DNA of 64,000 nucleotides from Geosiphon pyriformis uo1 (taxonomy: Eukaryota > Fungi > Glomeromycota): assembly GCA_016748015.1 (NCBI GenBank), contig JAAOMT010000468.1, forward strand, positions 790,619 through 854,618, given 5' to 3'. A program made the translations under genes and the position numbers. Of the stretch, positions 24,596-37,680 are shown one piece after another. Position 1 is the stretch's first letter; each line of letters starts with the position of its first letter. The notes under the pieces are model-generated. The model made no database searches, was not told where the DNA came from, and saw only the letters and a program-made list of their open reading frames with translations.

Positions 24596-25117
24596 GCGAA
24601 AATTCATTTTCAGTCAAAAAATGCACTAAATGTCAAAGCACTTTATTCACATTATCCTCCACAACACCGGGTAATGGTAGTAATATTAGTTCATTATCAA
24701 AATGTCAAATCCCCTTCTTGAAAGAAAATAATCTCGCACAACAACAAGCTTCAATCTCTTCATCTTCCACAAGATCAAAAAAATTGATAACTTCAGGAAT
24801 GATTGTAGAGATGAAATTAAAACTGGATCAGATATCTAAAGATTTTTTACTTGAATGTGCCGATGGGTAAAGCTCTTTGCACTAGGCATATAACAACTGG
24901 AGGTGTGTATCTAAAATGAATAATATTTTTTAAAATATCTATTGAAAATTAATTTTAATTGATTCATAAATTCAAATATTTTAGATTCCTTTATATTACA
25001 ACTTCAATCTCAGGTAACAGCCTACACCCAACCATTTTCTATCCTACCAAACCCTTCTGCCGACATCACGCACATGCCACCAGATGCAACGATATCTTTC
25101 CTCAAAAATATCACTAA
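24463..25117 (+). CDS. Possible two-exon gene or gene fragment: poly-Ser protein with a short PAS-A-like motif
   Basis: ORF 24463-24866, GT..AG intron 24867-24984, in-frame continuation to a stop at 25117 (LLECADGFLYITT); start uncertain (ATG at 24475). Confidence 0.35.
24535..24594 (+). repeat. (TCA)20 microsatellite
   Basis: Perfect 60-bp trinucleotide repeat. Confidence 0.98.
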
Positions 25118-25460
25118 AAAGATAATTATCCCATGTTTTGCCGTTTGAGACAAAAGCATTAAGGATGTGGAAGAGTACGTTATTGGTAAAGTGTGGGTGA
25201 GAAGTCGATATTTAATATTGGGGGCCAGAGTGTTTTAGGGACTAGAAAGGGAATAAGTGAGAAGGCTCTGGAAAAAGGTTTTATAAAAATGTTTTCAGTA
25301 ATTTTTGTGGGACATTTATGATTATTTTTGTTAAGGATTTTTTAAGGGCGGAAAAACTTTTATTCGACGCAAAGAAAATATAATTTTCTTTTGGAAAAAT
25401 ATTTTTATTTCGCATAATCAAAAAATTTGAAATATCTCAAATCCAGCTTTGTAGCAAGAA

Positions 25461-26849
25461 ATGTTGAACGATCTTGAAAAGAAATTTTATTCAAGCGAAC
25501 TCTCAAACTTCTGGTGTTTTTATTTCAAGAAAATTCTGATAGCCGCCGCAATTACTCTAGTATTTTTTACATTTTATCAACATGAAAAGACCTCAAATTT
25601 ACCGAAGATTCAAAATCGGCAACCTCTTAATAGCTCAATGTTAGGGAAATTTGATTCAAGTAAACAAGACAGAAGATTGCTGAAAAATAGTCTAGCAACA
25701 AATTTTGATGACCTACCGATCAAGCGAAGACTAATGAGTGGACCAGGCATGATATATGGTCGAAAATCATTCTATTTTGCGAATAAAGTTTACTGCTTGC
25801 GGTTGAATCAAATGATAAAATTTACTGACTTTGTCTATGGTAATTTTTTAAATTATTACACTGAATTTTTTATCTGATCAATCGTTACAAAATTCGAGCC
25901 TTTAAAAATTTTCTCTCGAAAAAATAGGAAATGTTGAATTATTGAACTCTAGATTGATCCTCTACTTAAAAGCACCTGAAATTCGATTCCTATCGACCTG
26001 GAATCGTGAAAGGAAAAATACTCTTATCAAATATTCAAAAGCAATATCGAGTCTGGATGTGCGAGTTGATTCAATCTTTTTGGAGCAATATGAAGAAGTA
26101 AGACTTCAGATTCGCAAGCTATTGTTAGAAATTATTAAAGATAAACGATATAAAAAGGTAGAGTTGCAAATTACAGGACATAGGCTTGCTGGAGGTTGGT
26201 TCATTTTCAATAGTCGTCTAATTCAGATTTTTAGAAATTAAATTTCACTCTTTTCTTCATCCTGAATCCTACCTAATTGTTTATTGTATATTAAATAGTT
26301 TACGCAATTTTTGCCGTCATGGATATACGCGAACAACCAGGAGTGGAGAAAAGAGTAATCTCGGTCGCGACATTCGGCACACCACGAATGGGAAATCGTG
26401 ATTTTGCCAAATACGTTAATCAAATTCCAAGGTTAAGGATTACGCGATTCACGTTGTTTGATGATCAAATACCTAGATTTCCGACACGTGAATTAGATGG
26501 TTATTATCATCCAGGTATTGAAGTTTGGAGCTACATAGAGTGTAATTGCGGACCATCAAAAACCAATCAATTCGTGTATTTTCGATGTCTTCCGAAAAAC
26601 GGAAAAGATGGTACTTATGATGAGCATCCAGTAAGACAAAAATCTTTTAAGAATAGAGTTATTCATATGATTTTGAAAATAGAATTTCTTGTTTTAAATA
26701 TCGAAATTTTAATTTCTACGTAATAGGATTGTATCAATAGCGAGAAAGAACATGAACCAAGTTTCACTTACGATGGTCCATATTTTGGATACTACTTTCG
26801 AGAGTGTAGATACACAATGAAATATGTTCTTGATCGAAACGCTTTTTGA
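25461..26849 (+). CDS. Class 3 lipase-like protein, 366 aa, 4 exons (25461-25839, 25928-26194, 26299-26630, 26727-26849); predicted catalytically inactive
   Basis: GT..AG introns join in frame. ITGHRLAG at the GHSLGG position, TFGTPRMGNRDFAKYV, DDQIPRFP, YYHPGIEVW, GPYFG; hydrophobic N-terminal segment ILIAAAITLVFFTF. Confidence 0.88.
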
Positions 26850-29285
26850 GAATTCACTAGCTTATTAAAAAAATTGGAAAGATAATTATATATTAGAAAA
26901 ATGTCATTTAAACTCTATATCATCCCAATATAGGATATGTTTATTTTAAAGAAATTTTTTCAAATACTCCATCGGTTGATCAATAGAAAAAAGCAAATAG
27001 TTTTAGTTTATTACATGCTTTTCAAAAATCAAAATTTAATAATAGTCCTTTACCGCTCTTAACAATCATTTAGCGAAGAATAATAACAATTATGTGTGAA
27101 TTATAGAAGATAGTTTCAAATTCAAATGACATTAAATGATGTAGTACGGCTGAATACTTTCAAAGGTTTGTTGACTATTCTAGTTGTAACGTTGAAAAAG
27201 AATTTAGCCAGTCTACAAAGTATTTGTGGTTGTGTTTGTGTTCCTATAACTACAAGTATAATATAACTGTAACCCCTGAAAGAAAGATTTAAATTTAAAA
27301 ATCGGACTTTGAATTAAACATTTAAAAATTGTTGCAACAGAATATTCTCTTGCATTCAATTCGGAATTTGAAACCAAATAATTTATATGGATTCCTTATT
27401 TGTATTTTTTTTTAATGTTTTTGAATCATATTCAAAAAAATCGTTTTTCTTCATCTTAAATCGAAAAAAATATTTACATTAACAACTATAGACTTACAAT
27501 TCGCATTGTATGGGTTTCATAATAATGAATTTCAAGAAAAACAAACATTGAGATGTAGACTTCGATATTTTGTAATGATTAAAAAATTTACTCAAAACTC
27601 TTAGATTTTTTGAGCACTATTTTCTATAAACAAAATTTAATTTCGGCATATCTTTGATAGAAATTTGTGTATCAATTATTCATAACAAAATTAGTAGTTT
27701 TTGAAATATTTGATCAAATATGAAACTATCAAAAAAAGGATATCGTAAATCAATTCTTCATTCACCAAATTTTTTGGTTAACCTGGCATTGTTTATAACG
27801 GCTATACTCTATACATTTTTTGAAATAGGTAATAATTAAAAATTAGCGAAACATTTTTGAATAGTTCTGCATATAGTAATTGGGTTTTTGAGACATAAAA
27901 GTATGAAATGCTTTTTCACAGATTCCTTTTTGTTAAATAGATCAAATGTTAAAAAAAATTGTTTCAAGGCATTGAACTACACAAAATTTTAGAAATTTAA
28001 CTTATAAATATTCAGTTTTTAAAACTTTGTCCATAATTCAGAGATTGGCAAAAATTCACTCTTGATTAAATGAATCAAAAAAATTTTTCCACCAATTTTA
28101 ATTATCAAGTAATTTTTCTGTTTCTTGATTAAATTTCTCTACCATAAGATTCTTTTCTTTATTTCGCTTAACTTTTTAAAAATAATATTTTAAGAGTTAG
28201 TTTTAATATTGTTAAACAGCATAGAAAAAATGCTTAAAATAATATTAGCTTTATTACTAATTTGTAATTAAAAATTTTAGAGGTTTTTATAATAATAACA
28301 ATTACATTAGAATTAGTTTTGGTAAATTGCTTGAAAAAAATTTTAATTAAAAACTGCTTTGTTTTAAAAATATTTTAAAAAAATGCTTTATAAATTGCTG
28401 TTTGGTTATCTTTATAATTGAAAAAACTTTTTAAATAATAATATTCTTAAAAACTATATATAAGAAATAAAAAAATTTTTTTAATAATTATGCAGATTAT
28501 AAATTTTAAAGTTCAATAATATTTTTTAAAATAGTTTTTTTAGATTAATATAATTATAATACTTTTTTTTATTTAAAACCACTGGTTTTTGTAATTTTAT
28601 TAAAATAGTAATATTTTTTAATTAACAAATATGTTGCATTTTACTATAATTATAAACATAGTTTATTGTAATTGTACAAAAATAGTTTGGTGTCTATTTG
28701 TATTTATATTAAAATTATGTTTTTTTATTCAAAATTTTATTCAAATTATATTTAATTTTATTATACAAATTAAGTTAATGAATATTGTATTTTATGATTT
28801 TTTGTATTTTTTGCTATTATTATTTAATAACACATATTTCAAATATTAAAAAAACTAAGATAATTTTATATAACTTTAATATTATTATTATTAATATTGC
28901 TTATAATTATAAGTATTATATTATTATTATTAATTATATAATTATAATTAAATTTTAAACCTTATTTTTTATAAACAATATTGTATATTATAATAATATT
29001 AATTTATTTTTAAAACATTAAAACTTGTATTAATATTGTAATTCATAATTTATATAATTATGTTGAATTTTAAAATAAAGTTTTTATATAGATTTATTAA
29101 TTTTTATGTTTTAAATAAATAAATATATTATAATACAATAATATAAAAATATAATAATAATAAAGTTTATTATTAAAAATTTTTAAAAATAACACAAATT
29201 AATATACATATAAATAAAAAAAATTTATTTATTTTAATATTTAAATATATTAAAAATTTAAATTATATAATTAAAATTATAATAT

Positions 29286-31475
29286 AGCAGTTTTTTTATC
29301 TAGTATTAGCTGTATTACAATCTATTATCAGTTATAGGACTCAGTTCAGCTTTGTTTTTAAGAATGTGTATATGAAGTGAGATATGTTGATTAGAAGAAG
29401 ATTGAGACTTAAGGCTGGACTTTTGAGAGACTTTCCCAATGAGGCTCTTCATCATCTGTCTTTGTATGGCTTGAAATCTTTTGAGCAATTACAGACTAAA
29501 TGCAAAGTGGCTTCTGTACTGTGTTTTGTAAATGCTGGTGGTGTTTTTGATTGTTTGTTCAATCATAAGTCTCTGGATCTTCAGGTTTTGGGTTGGTTGC
29601 CTATTCACCCTTTATGTCATTTGCTTAAGTTGTGTGTCAGTCCAGTCAATAATTTTTTGGCAGATATTATTAAGATTTTTTTGGACTATGACATGTCTCT
29701 TGACAATCTCTCTGTTTTTGCATTCCACTTTTTTGGTGGAATGCTAATGTCTATAGTTTTGGGAGCTTCTGTGTTTTATGATGTTTTTTTTTTCTTAAAA
29801 AGTTTGGAATTGTCTTTGCCAAGCAGTTGTATATTAAAAAAGATTTGGTTCTCGATTGGAAGAGCTTTTAATGTTGAAAAAAACTTGATCCAAGGGGCTC
29901 TATCCCTTGTTGGTTTACTGTGGCTTGTGACTTTTTGGATCATTCTTTTTTTTCTGATGATTTATGTGTTGAAGATTTGCTGGCTATGAATGTTTGCAGC
30001 TTAAGTAAGATCTCCAGATTGGGTTAGTGTCTCTCTTCTGCAAATATGGAGGTTATTAGTGTTTACACAAATGAATTATTAAAAGATTTGGGTTCATGTA
30101 AGATAAAGTGTAATGCTACTGCTTACTTCTCTGATCTGAATTTGGGTATTGGTGTTAGGGTTGATGAATTGGTGTCTTTGACTATAGCAGAATTGCAGAC
30201 AATTGCTTTGGCTTTGGAGTGTGTTCCTCTTAACAGTTCAGTAGTGATATATTCGAACAGTTAGACTGCCCTGAATGCTTATGTAGTTGAATTAGCTCTG
30301 GTGTCTCCAGACTTCTACAACTGCTACTAGATAGAGCAGTGTGGCATTATTAATTTAATTAAGGGAAATCAGCTTGATGTTTCTTGGTACAAGGTTAAAG
30401 GGCATTTAGGTGTTATAAGTAATAAGTGTGCTGATAAGTTAGCCAGTCTGGCTGCAGATTCTGATTTGGCACTTCCTGTGTTGGTTAAAGAGAGATTTAT
30501 TAAGGCTGATAGGGTGGCAGTGTCTGAGAATATTTGTCATTTTGCTTGTGAGATTTTTAAGTCTGTTAATCATGCTCATTGGGAGATTGGTCCTGGTTTT
30601 AATGTTATTGACAGCAGTTTACTTGATAATGTAAATTGGTTTCATACTGCTTTAGTATGACACCCTGACTCCCATATGACAACCAGCTTTACTAGTAAGT
30701 CTATGGCCAGTTTGCACTCTTATTTTTTAAAAGTCTTTTACTACTGTTTACTGGTTGCTGTACAAAAGCATTTGTATAGTAAGATTTACCCAAGTGTTTT
30801 GTGTTTATACTGTAGTAAAGTGGAAAGTTCCGACTATTTCTTTGTTTGTACATTTGATTTTGATGTCCGTAAAAGCATTCTTGTGTCTTATCTGGCCAAG
30901 TAGCATTATGTGTCTGGATTGGGCTTACCTTCATTTCATGTCTCACAGATGTTTTCTTTGTGTACATCTGATAATGTGTTGTATACTACCATAGGCAAAA
31001 GTTTTGTGTTCAAAGATTGGGTTCAGGAAGCTATGTCCATTTTGAGTAATGCTAAGGTTGCGAAAAAATTTATTGTTAATTTTGTTTGAAAATTGAGTGC
31101 TGCTCACTGCATGAATATTTGGTTGGTTAGAGCTAAATATAGGGCTTTAATAAAAAAAGGCAGTTTAATTTCACATGATAGTTCTGTGTATTTTGTGACT
31201 TATGGTTTGTCATGTATGTTTTTAGCTGGGGTGATTAAGTTGCTTGGAATTGCTAAGACACTTGGTGTTTGCTTTGGTTTTTGTAAGCATTGCTGTTTTT
31301 TTTCTGGTATAGATAGTAGGATTTTTGTTCTGATAGATTCATAGTATTGCTTTGATCAGTTTGAGTGGCTGGTTACATGTAGAAAGTGCATGATTTGCAC
31401 TTAATTTAGATCACTTAGTTTGATGTATTGTGTTAGGTAGCTTTTGGGCCTCATTTGTTAAAAGTTTAAATAAAA
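29286..31475 (+). mobile_element. 5'-truncated LINE (post-RT region, RNase H, Cys motif, 3' UTR)
   Basis: Homologous to ORF2 at ~59325-61392 (DFPNEALHH..LYGLKSFEQ; AELQTIALALECVP); stop at 31342-31344; 3' hairpin at 31354; A-rich tail. Confidence 0.9.
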
Positions 31476-32099
31476 ATAATAATAATATATAAGTATTAAC
31501 AAAATTAACTTGTGTTTAAATTTAATTATATATTAAATAAAAATATTATATTTAATTATAACTAATTTAAAACAAAAAATAACAAATATAAATTTATAAT
31601 TTAAAAATTATCAAAAATATTAATAATTATATTATATATTAATTTATTATAATATCTTTTTAACCAAATTTTAAAGTTATTAATTATGTTATAAATTATT
31701 TTTTGGTAAATTATAACACAATTTTTAATTTTCTTATATTATTACAATCTGTTTATATCTTAATATTATAGAAATTTAATTCGAATTTAATAATAAAAAT
31801 AAAAATATTTTTGTTTATTTTAACAAATTTTTTTTTTATTACGCATTTTACGAGTGAAATCCAACTGTAACAATTTTATTTTTAAAAACTTATATTTATA
31901 AAAAAATAAATTAAAAAATAATTAATTTTATTATAAACAAATCAAATTAAATAAATTAAAAATTATTGTTTTTAAATAAATTAATAAAAATAAAATTTAA
32001 TTATATTAATATTTAAAAATACAAAAATTTTTTCTTTTATTGATCTTTTAATTACAATAAAAGCATAAAATTTTTATGAAAAAATAGTTTTTCTTATTT

Positions 32100-35000
32100 T
32101 TTTTTTCTTATATTTTTTAGCTATTTCTTTTAACACATTTTGTTTATAATTATAGAACTAGTAAACTTTTCTGTTAATAAATCTAATTCTGGTTTGGTTG
32201 GATTGAAAATTCAGTTTGATATTAAAAACAAGTATTTTAAAAACACTTACTTATATGATGTGTTTTATAAAAAACTAAAAAAGTTTGTTGTTAATAATAA
32301 AGTTATTAAGTTGTTTACTGGCTTTTTAAATATTAATAATATAGAAATTAATAGCTTTGAGCCTATAAAATCTTAAAACAGTAAAGTTAACAATAAAACA
32401 AACAGTATTAATAAAATTTAGATGTTAAAAATATGAAAAACAGAATTGCTAAAAAAACTAGCTATGTTTAAAAAGACATATATCAAAACATAGTTTTGAA
32501 CAACAAGCCAAAAAAATTTTTTTTTGATAATTTGAGTGATAATAATAATATTTTGTTACTTTTGAATCCTAAGTTTATTGATTTTAAGCAATTATTATTG
32601 GCTAATTTATATGTCTTAAATAAATAGAGTTTTAATATAATAAAATTTTTTACATTGAAAATTAAGCTTTTTGCTGTATTTAAAAAAACTTCTAATAATA
32701 AGTTAATAACAATAAAAAAAATTTTTATTATGTTAATAGTTTTAAGAAAATATTTACTCTTTTAAAATTTCCAAAAATTATTAAGTTATTTTTTATATTA
32801 GAATTAAAAAAATTTTGATGAATACCAATTTCAAAAAAGTAAACAGCTACTTAAATTAGAAAGTAATTAACAAAAATTTTTTCGTTAATTTTTTTAAATT
32901 GGCTGTAAAATAAGTTTTTTTTAAATTTGATAAAATTGTTTTTATTAAATTACAATTTATTGGTCTTTAACAAAAAGTTTTAATAGAATTTAAATTAATT
33001 AGAATTACTAATTTGGTTGTAGTTAAATATTTTGTTTTTATGAGTAAGAATTCTGTTTGTATAATAAAGACTATAAATAATAAACAAATATAAATATTTA
33101 GAAATTGTTATTAGAATTTACTTTATATATTGTCAATTGATATCAATGCTTATAATTTTTCTGGTTTATTAGTATTTTATAATAGAAAAACTTGTTTTAT
33201 TGGTTGTAATTTAAAAATATATAAGTATAATAGATGTGTTGCTATTTGTTTTGTTAATAAAACTACTAAGAAATTTGTTATTAGTTCTATTTTGGTTTTT
33301 AAAAATATAAATATATATTGAACTGACTTATTATTAATTTGTTGTATTTAATATGAACAGTTTAGTTATGTTTTTAGTAAGTGTTTAACTAGTGAAAATA
33401 TAAACAGTTATAACAAAAAACTTGTTACTTTTCATAATTAGATTTGTTTAATTAACATATATAAAAAGAAATAGGCTCTAATTGCTTATTTAATTTTATT
33501 TAATAGCAAAATATAGATGCAAATTACTAGTTGTTTTTTTTTGTGATGTTTTTGGTTTTTGTTAGTATTGATTTATTTTTAAATATTAAATTTTTTTTGC
33601 TAGTTTTAATAGAAATAAATAACAAATTTATTACTTTTGAGTACAGTTTTATTAGTTTTATTTAGCAAGTTGATAAGTTAATTAAGAGACTAAATATATT
33701 CAGACCAATAGTTTTTTAGCTTAATTCTAAATGTTAGTCATTGGTAACTTTTTTATTATAAAATTAAAAAACATATATAATAATGTATAAAAGTTAAAAT
33801 ATAATTATTAGTAATAAAGCTGTTATAAAAATAGTGTTTATTGATTTGTTAATTATCTTGAAATTGGAAAATAATATAACCAATTTATTAAATATGATTA
33901 TGAATTTGCTAATCAAAGTAAATAATTATAGTTTAGGTTTAAATAATTTTTTTGCTTAATAATTAATCTTGTTTAAAAAATTATGGCATATAATATAAGA
34001 AATATAAATGTTTTTATAAAACAAAAAAACATTGTTTATTAATATATTAGTTCTGATTATATAATTTTAATAATTATAAAAATAAAGTTAAAATCTAATA
34101 TTAAGTTATAGATTATAAATAAGTTTTATAAAGTGCAAATTTTTGTATTTGGTTTAAATAAAAGCTTTTTTAGTATTGATATGACCATTATTATAAAAAA
34201 TTTTTTGGCTTAGTATGTTTTAAAAATAGAAAAAATTTTAGACTAATTTATTTTAATTTATTTTTTATTTAAAAATAAATTTTTAATTACAATTTTGGAT
34301 TTGTATATTGGTATTTTTGTTAAGACTAAGTTTAATTAAACATTAAAAGTTAAATTTTTTATTATTAAAACAGTTAATTTAAGCTCTTTTATAATATTAA
34401 ATAGAAATTTCAATAAAAACAAATCTAAAAAAAATGCAAGTCTTAAGTTTTGTTTAAATTTGAAATTAGTCAATTTGTTTAATAAATATTTTTTGGCTAA
34501 AACTTCTACTTAATACAATTTTAGAGAAATAAAAAAAATTATTGATTATATTTTTGTAAATAAAAATTTGTTATTTATAATTGCTAATTATAAGATTATC
34601 TTTATATACAATTTTTTTAATACTAATTACAAAACAATTATAGTTTTAATTAAATTGAATAGTCTTTTAAATACTTATTTAAATAGTATTTACAAACAAG
34701 CAAATAAAGATTGTTGGAAGTTTAAGATTAAAAATGCAAATAATGTTAAATAGATCTGCTTTAAAAAGCTTTTTTTTGTTAAGCTTTTAATAATAAGAGA
34801 TAAGTTTATAAATACAAAAAATTTTAACAATTTAGATAAAATATAAGAAATATTAAAGATAATAATAGTTGAATTAATAAATAAAATTTTTTCTAAGCAT
34901 TAGTTTAATAAGTTTAAGTGTTCAAGAAACAATCAGTTATCAAAATTTTTTAAGTTGAAATTATTGGTTACTAAAATAATAAAAAAATTGAGTTTAGATA

Positions 35001-37680
35001 ATAGGTCTAAATTTAATAATCTTATTATAAAATAGTTAACTATTAATAATATAAAAACTTTTAAAGTTAGTAATATGATATTAAATAGTATGAAATCAAT
35101 AAACATTATTAAATAATCAAAAAAATATAAAAAATCCAAGTACTATGAATTAAAAATCAAAAATGCTTCTATTAAAAAAATAATCAATTAACACATAAAA
35201 AATTTTTGCTTTAACAAGAAGCATATAATTAAAAGTGTTTTGAAATGGCTTTTTTGTAAAGTAGTTTTGTATTATTTAATAGTTAAAGAAAATTTGGTCT
35301 TAAAACCTAATAAAATAAAGTTTAGTGTTAATATAATTATAAAAAAGTAAACAAAAAAGCATATTGTATTTTTAAAATTGTCTAATTTATAATCTTACTA
35401 ATATACTTTCTTGGATTATATAAATAATAATACTTTCTTTAAAGTAATAATAAAAATTAGCATGAATAATTTGGTTTTAATGATTAATAGTTTGTCTAAT
35501 AACAAAGTTACTAGTTTTTTTAACATATTAAATAAACTTTAAAAACATTATAATAATATAGTAATAAGATGTTTTTTGAATTTGCTAAATTTTTGTTCTA
35601 CTTTTAATAATATTCCAATTTCTTGAAAAAGAATGTAAATTTTGATAATTTTCAAATTTTATAAATAAAATAAAACTTTAACAAATATCTGGTCTATTGT
35701 ATTAATTAAAATAACTAGAAAAATTCTGTTTAAATTTTTTTTAATTATATTTTTCTGGCTTGCAGCCAGTTTGATACTTTACATAGTAATAATTTTTGGT
35801 TTTAAAAGATATTTTGACTCAATTTTTTGTGTTTACTATCAAATTGATTATCGAGAATACTTTGAAAAAAACAGAAAATTATAACTAATACTACAAAATA
35901 TGTCTAAAGCTTATAACTTAGTTAAATAATATTATTTGAAAACTAGTTTATAATATATTAAAATATATAACCAGTTCATTGATTTTTTTGGAAAGATATA
36001 TAAAAATAAAATAAACAGAATAATAAAAGATTTTGGTTTTTTGAAAATTTACAAAATACATAATAAACTTAATCAAAATAAAAAAATTTTATAATTCTTT
36101 TTTGTATAATATCAAAAGACATAAATATTTATGTGAATACTAAATTAATATTAAATTTATAACCAAAACTAATAAAGTAAAGAATATTAAAAAAAGAATA
36201 TTGTTTTTTATAATAAATATTTTTATTAATAACACAATTTAAGTTGAGAATAATTAAATCTCTACACAATATATTTAGAATATTGTTAATAAGTTTTTTA
36301 AGATCAATAATATTTTAATTAATAATGAAAAAATAGTGGCTATTTTTATCAATTAAAGTATTAAAACAATTTTATTAAAATTAATGGTTTGCCAATTTTA
36401 ATTTTTTAAAAAAAAAACTGTACAAATATTTAGAAATTTTTTTGTTAATTAAGAATTTATTTAAGCAAAATATTATCAAGATTTATTTTAATGTTTAGTT
36501 TTTTGCCAATATAATACTAAAAAAATGATTACAGATAAACAGTTCTCTTATTTAGTATTAGTAGTTTTGAAATCTATTATTAGTTATTGTATATAGTTTA
36601 GTTTTGTTTTAATAAATATATATTATAAGTAAAATATTATAATCAAAAAAAGTCTTAAAATAAAAGTCAAGTTGTTCCAGAATTTTTTTAATAAAGCACT
36701 ATATTATTTTTTTTTGTATAATTTAAAGCCATTTAAACAGATTCAAACTAAAAAAAAATTAGTTACAATAGTTGTTTTTTTAAATACTACAGATATTTTT
36801 GGATATTTCTTTAATTACAGATTTTTGGATTTGCAAGTTCTAAAATAAGTCTTATTAAATTCTCTATAGTATTTTGTTAAGTTGCAAATTAACTTTATTA
36901 ATAACTTTTTGGCTGGTATAATAAAAATTTTTTTAGTCAATAATTTGCCTTTATTAAACAATTTATATAGTATATTTTATAATTTTAATAAAATTTTTAT
37001 GTCTAATATCTTAGAAAAATCTTTGTACTACAATTCTGTCTGCTTTTTAAAATAGTTTAAGATTATATTTAATAACAAACACTTAAATAAAAAGACAATA
37101 TTATGGATTAGAAGACATTTTACTAGTAGAAAAGATTAAATTCAAAAAAATTTGTGTTTTTGTAATTTAGATTAATGTCAGATTTTTGTGCAAAGATAAT
37201 TTTTTTGTATTTGGTTTTAATTAAGTTAATAGCTCATATGGTTTGAGTATTTTGAATTCTAAAAAATTTATTAATATACATAAAAAATTACATAAAATTT
37301 GGTTAAATATTATCAAAATATATATTAATAGATTTTTAAAAAATATGTATTCTCTTAAGATTGTTAATAAGGCTATTGCTTATTTTTTAGTCATTAATAT
37401 AAGTATAAGTGTTAGAATTTAAAAACTTTTGTTCTTTATAATGATTGAATTATAGGTTGTTGTTCTGTTTTTAAAATATATTTTAACTTTTTGTATAATA
37501 ATTTTGTATCTAAATAGTTAAGCTACTATTGATGCTTGTGTTTTTGGGTCCGATTTTATTGTATCTAACTTTTAGAATTAATGTTGAATTAAAAAAAAAC
37601 ATATTAAAAACTTAATTAAAAATAAAAATTTCTTAATTAGATAAGTAAAAGTTAAAGATTATTCGGAAATTTTGGACAAT
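32100..37680 (+). mobile_element. Heavily decayed LINE (ORF1 from ~32150, ORF2 from ~33960), 3' end missing
   Basis: ORF2 collinear with 18311-22030 and 56704-60470; similarity ends at the end of RNase H. Limits approximate. Confidence 0.8.

Noticed and set aside
24381-24626. Poly-Asp ORF on the - strand
   Set aside because: Reverse reading of the (TCA)20 microsatellite.
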